Assembly (NCBI RefSeq): GCF_001194135.2
Contig: NC_068996.1
Span: 49,545,825 to 49,593,159, forward strand
Direction of reading: 5' to 3'
DNA length: 47,335 nt
Origin: Octopus bimaculoides
Lineage: Eukaryota
In this document: one piece after another, positions 46,844 to 47,335 of the stretch
How the letters are laid out: each line of letters begins with the position of its first letter
How positions within the stretch are numbered: position 1 is the stretch's first letter
Made by a program: the position numbers and the translations under genes
Notes under the pieces: model-generated
What the model saw: the letters and a program-made list of their open reading frames with translations, nothing else
What the model was told of the DNA's origin: nothing
Databases searched by the model: none

Positions 46844-46960
46844 TTTTTTTCTTTTTCTTACAGGGTATTTGCTAAAATCAAAAGCCGATGTGCACACATG
46901 AAAAGCCATGCTGAAATTGTAAGAAAAGTTGCCAAATTACAAGCTGCACCTGAAGATTGA
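6920..46960 (+). CDS. TRERF1/ZNF541: Multi-exon gene (17 coding exons E1-E17): C2H2 zinc finger + ELM2-SANT transcriptional co-repressor scaffold, ZNF541/TRERF1/MIDEAS family, about 1,600 aa
   Basis: Hand-spliced exons join in frame with GT-AG boundaries and matching phases, ending at TGA 46958-46960. Family motifs: [67 protein letters not shown] (ELM2), W..EE....AL....[24 protein letters not shown] (SANT), KIKSR.AHMK.H. The 5' end is uncertain. Confidence 0.93.
8611..8850. repeat. Dispersed repeat; inverted copy at about 22591-22844
   Basis: Shared sequence including GGCATTA-ctacagaa-TAATGCC; unclassified. Confidence 0.7.
10500..10905 (+). mobile_element. Family A head fused to the RTE-like tail (type 2)
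   Basis: Same arrangement as 20764-21185; minus-strand tail copies at about 120-372 and 9832-10050. Confidence 0.7.
11070..11250 (-). mobile_element. Degenerate LINE 3' ORF end (RTE/RTE-X-like)
   Basis: Minus-strand translation with stops: [27 protein letters not shown]....[12 protein letters not shown]. Confidence 0.5.
12475..12773. mobile_element. piggyBac-like MITE family 3 with an internal perfect 22-bp palindrome
   Basis: TTAACCCATTACCTCCCA ... TGGTAGGTAATGGGTTAA (1 mismatch in 18); palindrome at 12735-12756. Confidence 0.75.
12859..13630 (+). CDS. TRERF1/ZNF541: Exon E2: end of ZF2 (NGHLVTH), ZF3 ([24 protein letters not shown]), low-complexity region and polyQ block 1
   Basis: Acceptor tttcag|A completes the Leu codon and ZF2. 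The donor AAA|GTTGGT was chosen because E3 needs phase 0, so the 3' end is less certain. Confidence 0.88.
14421..14789 (+). mobile_element. Family A tRNA-derived SINE, full length (head, (TA/TG)n, tail ending in TAAAAGAG repeats)
   Basis: Box A TGGCTGTGTGG and box B GGTTCAGTCCC. Similar copies at 21266-21655, 33240-33600 and 33993-34355 (+); head-only copies at 13915-14045 and 40410-40545. Confidence 0.85.
15009..15219. mobile_element. piggyBac-like MITE family 1 (TTAA TSD, 14-bp TIR CCCTTTTGATACCA)
   Basis: TTAA|CCCTTTTGATACCA ... TGGTATCAAAAGGG|TTAA; opposite-orientation copy at 30467-30696. Confidence 0.8.
15865..16215 (+). mobile_element. Family B tRNA-derived SINE (..gtgttcttgagcaagacactttatttcac..)
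   Basis: Box A/B-like head. Other + copies at about 3001-3275, 18490-19060 (interrupted), 33610-33925 and 44822-44960. Confidence 0.8.
16377..16603 (+). CDS. TRERF1/ZNF541: Exon E3: S/P/Q-rich linker (VNQFMNQ...KSNN)
   Basis: Acceptor tctttgcag, donor GA|GTTAGT, phase 0 to 2, fits E4. Confidence 0.8.
16915..17290 (+). mobile_element. Further tRNA-derived SINE (family H)
   Basis: Head CCAGTGGTTAGGGC...GGTTTCGATTCCC. A related piece at about 18700-18880 interrupts a family B copy. Another tRNA-headed element lies at about 19505-19750. Confidence 0.6.
17293..17390. repeat. (AT)n grading into (GATA)n microsatellite
   Basis: Direct inspection. Other microsatellites: (CT)n at 1-30, (TA)n beside several gaps, (TA)n near 47190-47237. 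Confidence 0.95.
17477..17525 (-). ncRNA. Degenerate hammerhead motif, divergent from the one at 17596
   Basis: Minus strand reads TTTCT CTGATGA TACCCC ATACTTT GGG ATGTCTTA GAAA A AGCT GT A AGA. It has extra bases in stem II and A in place of C15.2. Confidence 0.45.
17596..17681 (+). ncRNA. Type I hammerhead ribozyme motif with intact core and short palindromic stem III (Penelope/retrozyme type)
   Basis: CUGAUGA 17600-17606. Stem II GAAGA/UCUUC (17607-11/17661-65) with G10.1-C11.1. GAAA 17666-69. Stem III ACAUAUGU. GUC cleavage triplet ends at 17677. Stem I UUCC/GGAA (17596-99/17678-81) with further pairing beyond a bulge. Confidence 0.8.
20114..20216 (+). CDS. TRERF1/ZNF541: Exon E4: ZF4 ([23 protein letters not shown]); not in the supplied ORF track
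   Basis: Acceptor ttttcag, phase 2 to 0. Two in-frame donors: after 20216 (GTTAAG) or after 20222 (GTCTGT). Confidence 0.92.
20401..21185 (+). mobile_element. Three tandem family A SINE heads; the third continues into an RTE-like tail
   Basis: Heads at about 20401, 20592 and 20764 separated by TA tracts; the tail ends CCATGCAAGCATAG. Confidence 0.8.
23372..23603. mobile_element. piggyBac-like MITE family 2
   Basis: TTAACCCTTCAGCATT ... AATGCTAAAGGGTTAA; opposite-orientation copy at 39482-39709. Confidence 0.8.
23900..24532 (+). CDS. TRERF1/ZNF541: Exon E5: polyQ block 2 (41 consecutive Q, then Leu-punctuated Q)
   Basis: Acceptor ttttaaccag, donor CAG|GTATTT (alternative in-frame donor after 24490), phase 0 to 0. 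Confidence 0.82.
24660..25592 (+). repeat. Minisatellite, about 19 units of 49-54 bp plus two ~34-bp variant units, in the E5-E6 intron
   Basis: Consensus approx. TTGTTTGTTGCTCCTCCYTCAATCCTGCCTGCCCCAATYACAGCCAGRCA. Confidence 0.95.
26150..26377 (+). CDS. TRERF1/ZNF541: Exon E6: polyQ block 3
   Basis: Acceptor ttctctacag, donor CAA|GTAAGT, phase 0 to 0. Confidence 0.85.
27285..28833 (+). CDS. TRERF1/ZNF541: Exon E7 (1549 nt): polyQ block 4, [13 protein letters not shown] and [18 protein letters not shown] motifs
   Basis: Acceptor ctgtttcag, donor A|GTAAGT, phase 0 to 1; long open frame with family motifs. Confidence 0.92.
29363..29700 (-). mobile_element. Family B SINE, minus strand
   Basis: Near-duplicate at 31150-31480 (-); partial copy at 18135-18350 (-). 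Confidence 0.8.
30467..30696. mobile_element. piggyBac-like MITE family 1, opposite orientation
   Basis: TTAACCCTTTTGTTAC ... GTAACGAAAGGGTTAA; internal sequence is the reverse complement of 15009-15219. Related partial ends at about 32040-32375 and 43560-43747. Confidence 0.8.
30942..31026 (+). CDS. TRERF1/ZNF541: Exon E8: acidic linker before ELM2 (..[28 protein letters not shown])
   Basis: Donor CC|GTAAGT, phase 1 to 2. Two compatible acceptors give starts at 30942 or 30924; an in-frame TGA at 30911 bounds the exon. Confidence 0.8.
31820..31869 (+). CDS. TRERF1/ZNF541: Exon E9: ELM2 start ([16 protein letters not shown])
   Basis: Long polyT tract then cag, donor A|GTGAGT, phase 2 to 1; ELM2 signature. 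Confidence 0.93.
32972..33058 (+). CDS. TRERF1/ZNF541: Exon E10: ELM2 (..[18 protein letters not shown])
   Basis: Acceptor ttttgttcag, donor G|GTAAAA, phase 1 to 1; LxWxP motif. Confidence 0.88.
34921..35222. repeat. Tandem triplication of a ~100-bp segment inside a family D element
   Basis: Units start at about 34921, 35021 and 35123 (gtctg..ttg..ct.gttt..tag.tggatgcccttc.taatgccaaccactttaca). Confidence 0.8.
35733..35836 (+). CDS. TRERF1/ZNF541: Exon E11: ELM2 helices ([35 protein letters not shown])
   Basis: Acceptor ctttctttgcag, donor CAG|GTATGT, phase 1 to 0. Confidence 0.92.
36174..36380 (+). mobile_element. Family C tRNA-derived SINE with gcctttcatcctttcggggtcgataaa core (from memory resembles the Deu/Nin central domain)
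   Basis: Box A TGGCAGAATC and box B GAGTTCAAATTCC. Copies at about 3318-3540, 5684-5870, 35975-36145, 39718-39920 and 39945-40135 (+), and 1623-1749 and 11895-12080 (-). Confidence 0.8.
36657..36732 (+). CDS. TRERF1/ZNF541: Exon E12: ELM2-SANT linker ([25 protein letters not shown])
   Basis: Polypyrimidine tract + cag, donor G|GTAAGC, phase 0 to 1; HPL..YxY-like motif. Confidence 0.92.
37884..37972 (+). CDS. TRERF1/ZNF541: Exon E13: SANT first half ([26 protein letters not shown]); not in the supplied ORF track
   Basis: Acceptor ttccactttag, donor GTG|GTAAGG, phase 1 to 0. Confidence 0.93.
38203..38962 (+). mobile_element. Helentron-associated non-autonomous element (DINE-1/HINE-like) enclosing the RT fragment
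   Basis: 5' 12-bp hairpin TACCTCTGCCTT/AAGGCAGAGGTA (38207-38234), (GTTT)n, 3' subTIR GGCGGAGGT (38928-36), then stem-loop GCACTC-tct-GAGTGC (38939-53). Confidence 0.7.
38401..38891 (-). mobile_element. Degenerate RTE-type reverse transcriptase fragment (internal, N-terminal part of RT)
   Basis: Minus-strand translation across a stop and a frameshift: [45 protein letters not shown]....[50 protein letters not shown]. Confidence 0.88.
39025..39231 (+). CDS. TRERF1/ZNF541: Exon E14: SANT second half ([18 protein letters not shown]) and basic region
   Basis: Acceptor tttttcag, donor ACT|GTAAGT, phase 0 to 0. Confidence 0.94.
39482..39709. mobile_element. piggyBac-like MITE family 2, opposite orientation
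   Basis: TTAACCCTT...AGGGGTTAA; internal sequence is the reverse complement of 23372-23603. Partial copies near 12085-12250, 37105-37270 and 42010-42115. Confidence 0.75.
40562..41233 (+). mobile_element. RTE-clade LINE 3' end (C-terminal ORF fragment, N-gap, family D tail)
   Basis: Translates [36 protein letters not shown], the typical RTE post-RT region; ends in (GAT)n. Confidence 0.88.
40766..41111. other. Assembly gap (N run); others at 4214-4223, 6491-6724, 22845-22854, 34413-34654 and 43051-43177
   Basis: N runs, most bordered by (TA)n; all fall outside the called exons. Confidence 0.99.
42847..42918 (+). CDS. TRERF1/ZNF541: Exon E15: Cys half of ZF5 ([10 protein letters not shown])
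   Basis: Acceptor ccctcccacag (CAG-GAG tandem), donor CTT|GTGAGT, phase 0 to 0; joins the His half in E16. Confidence 0.9.
44211..44407 (+). CDS. TRERF1/ZNF541: Exon E16: His half of ZF5 ([15 protein letters not shown]), S/T linker, Cys half of ZF6 (YPCKLCGK)
   Basis: Acceptor tatttttcag, donor AA|GTAAGT, phase 0 to 2. Confidence 0.93.
44423..44786 (-). mobile_element. Family A SINE, full length, minus strand, starting about 15 nt after the E16 donor
   Basis: Reverse complement of 14421-14789. Other minus copies at about 6145-6478, 6748-6835 and 25751-25935. Confidence 0.85.
46137..46693. mobile_element. Non-autonomous DNA transposon: 37-bp TIRs with GG..CC termini and 8-bp TSD GGAAAAAG (Merlin- or hAT-like)
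   Basis: TIRs 46137-46173 and 46657-46693 with 1 mismatch; identical 8-mer at 46129-46136 and 46694-46701. Confidence 0.88.
46864..46960 (+). CDS. TRERF1/ZNF541: Exon E17 (last coding): His half of ZF6 ([15 protein letters not shown]) to stop
   Basis: Long polyT tract + tacag, phase 2 completes AAG; TGA at 46958-46960. Confidence 0.93.
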
Positions 46961-47187
46961 GTCTTTGATTTACCATTCCTTCAGCTGGATAAGAAAATTT
47001 TAACAAACACAAGCACAATTCTTGTTTGTGTGTGCATGAGAAAAAGAGAGAGAGATGTGTATAAGAGTTTGTGTGAATGTGTATGTATGTGAGATGTCTT
47101 TCTGGACATATTTCTCCAATGTAAATATTGATGTATATTCATGTTGCCAAGCATGACCTAGTGTGCATTTTTATGTGTGTATGTATG

Positions 47188-47240
<53 letters not shown>

Positions 47241-47335
47241 GTGTGTTTATATATATATAATATGTATGTATATGTATGCACACGTACATTCATACATGTG
47301 TGAGTATGCATGCAATTCATTAATATCCATTAATA

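Noticed and set aside
46961-47335. Polyadenylation signal for the gene
   Set aside because: No AATAAA seen in this interval; the 3' UTR probably extends beyond the window

Overview
AT-rich, repeat-dense animal genomic DNA with six N-gaps. The repeat families and (TA)n/(CAT)n tracts look like an Octopus/coleoid cephalopod genome (inference). One + strand multi-exon gene spans almost the whole window. I reconstructed 17 coding exons (6920..46960) by hand with GT-AG boundaries and mutually consistent phases, plus a tentative start exon at 2023..2062, giving about 1,620 codons. The product is a ZNF541/TRERF1/MIDEAS-family HDAC1/2 co-repressor scaffold: three N-terminal C2H2 fingers, four polyQ blocks (one of 41 consecutive Q), a central C2H2 finger, a [12 protein letters not shown] motif, ELM2-SANT and two C-terminal C2H2 fingers. 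The introns hold tRNA-derived SINEs, RTE LINE fragments, TTAA/CCC (piggyBac-like) MITEs, an 8-bp-TSD MITE, a Helentron-type element enclosing an RT fragment, a 102-bp-TIR foldback element and a ~50-bp minisatellite. The most notable non-coding signal is a set of hammerhead ribozyme motifs of the short-stem-III (Penelope/retrozyme) type. One has an intact core and lies on the sense strand of an intron (17596..17681). A degenerate one lies back-to-back with it across a 70-nt palindrome, and another degenerate one sits in the centre of the foldback element. Repeat coordinates are approximate; no database searches or folding programs were run.
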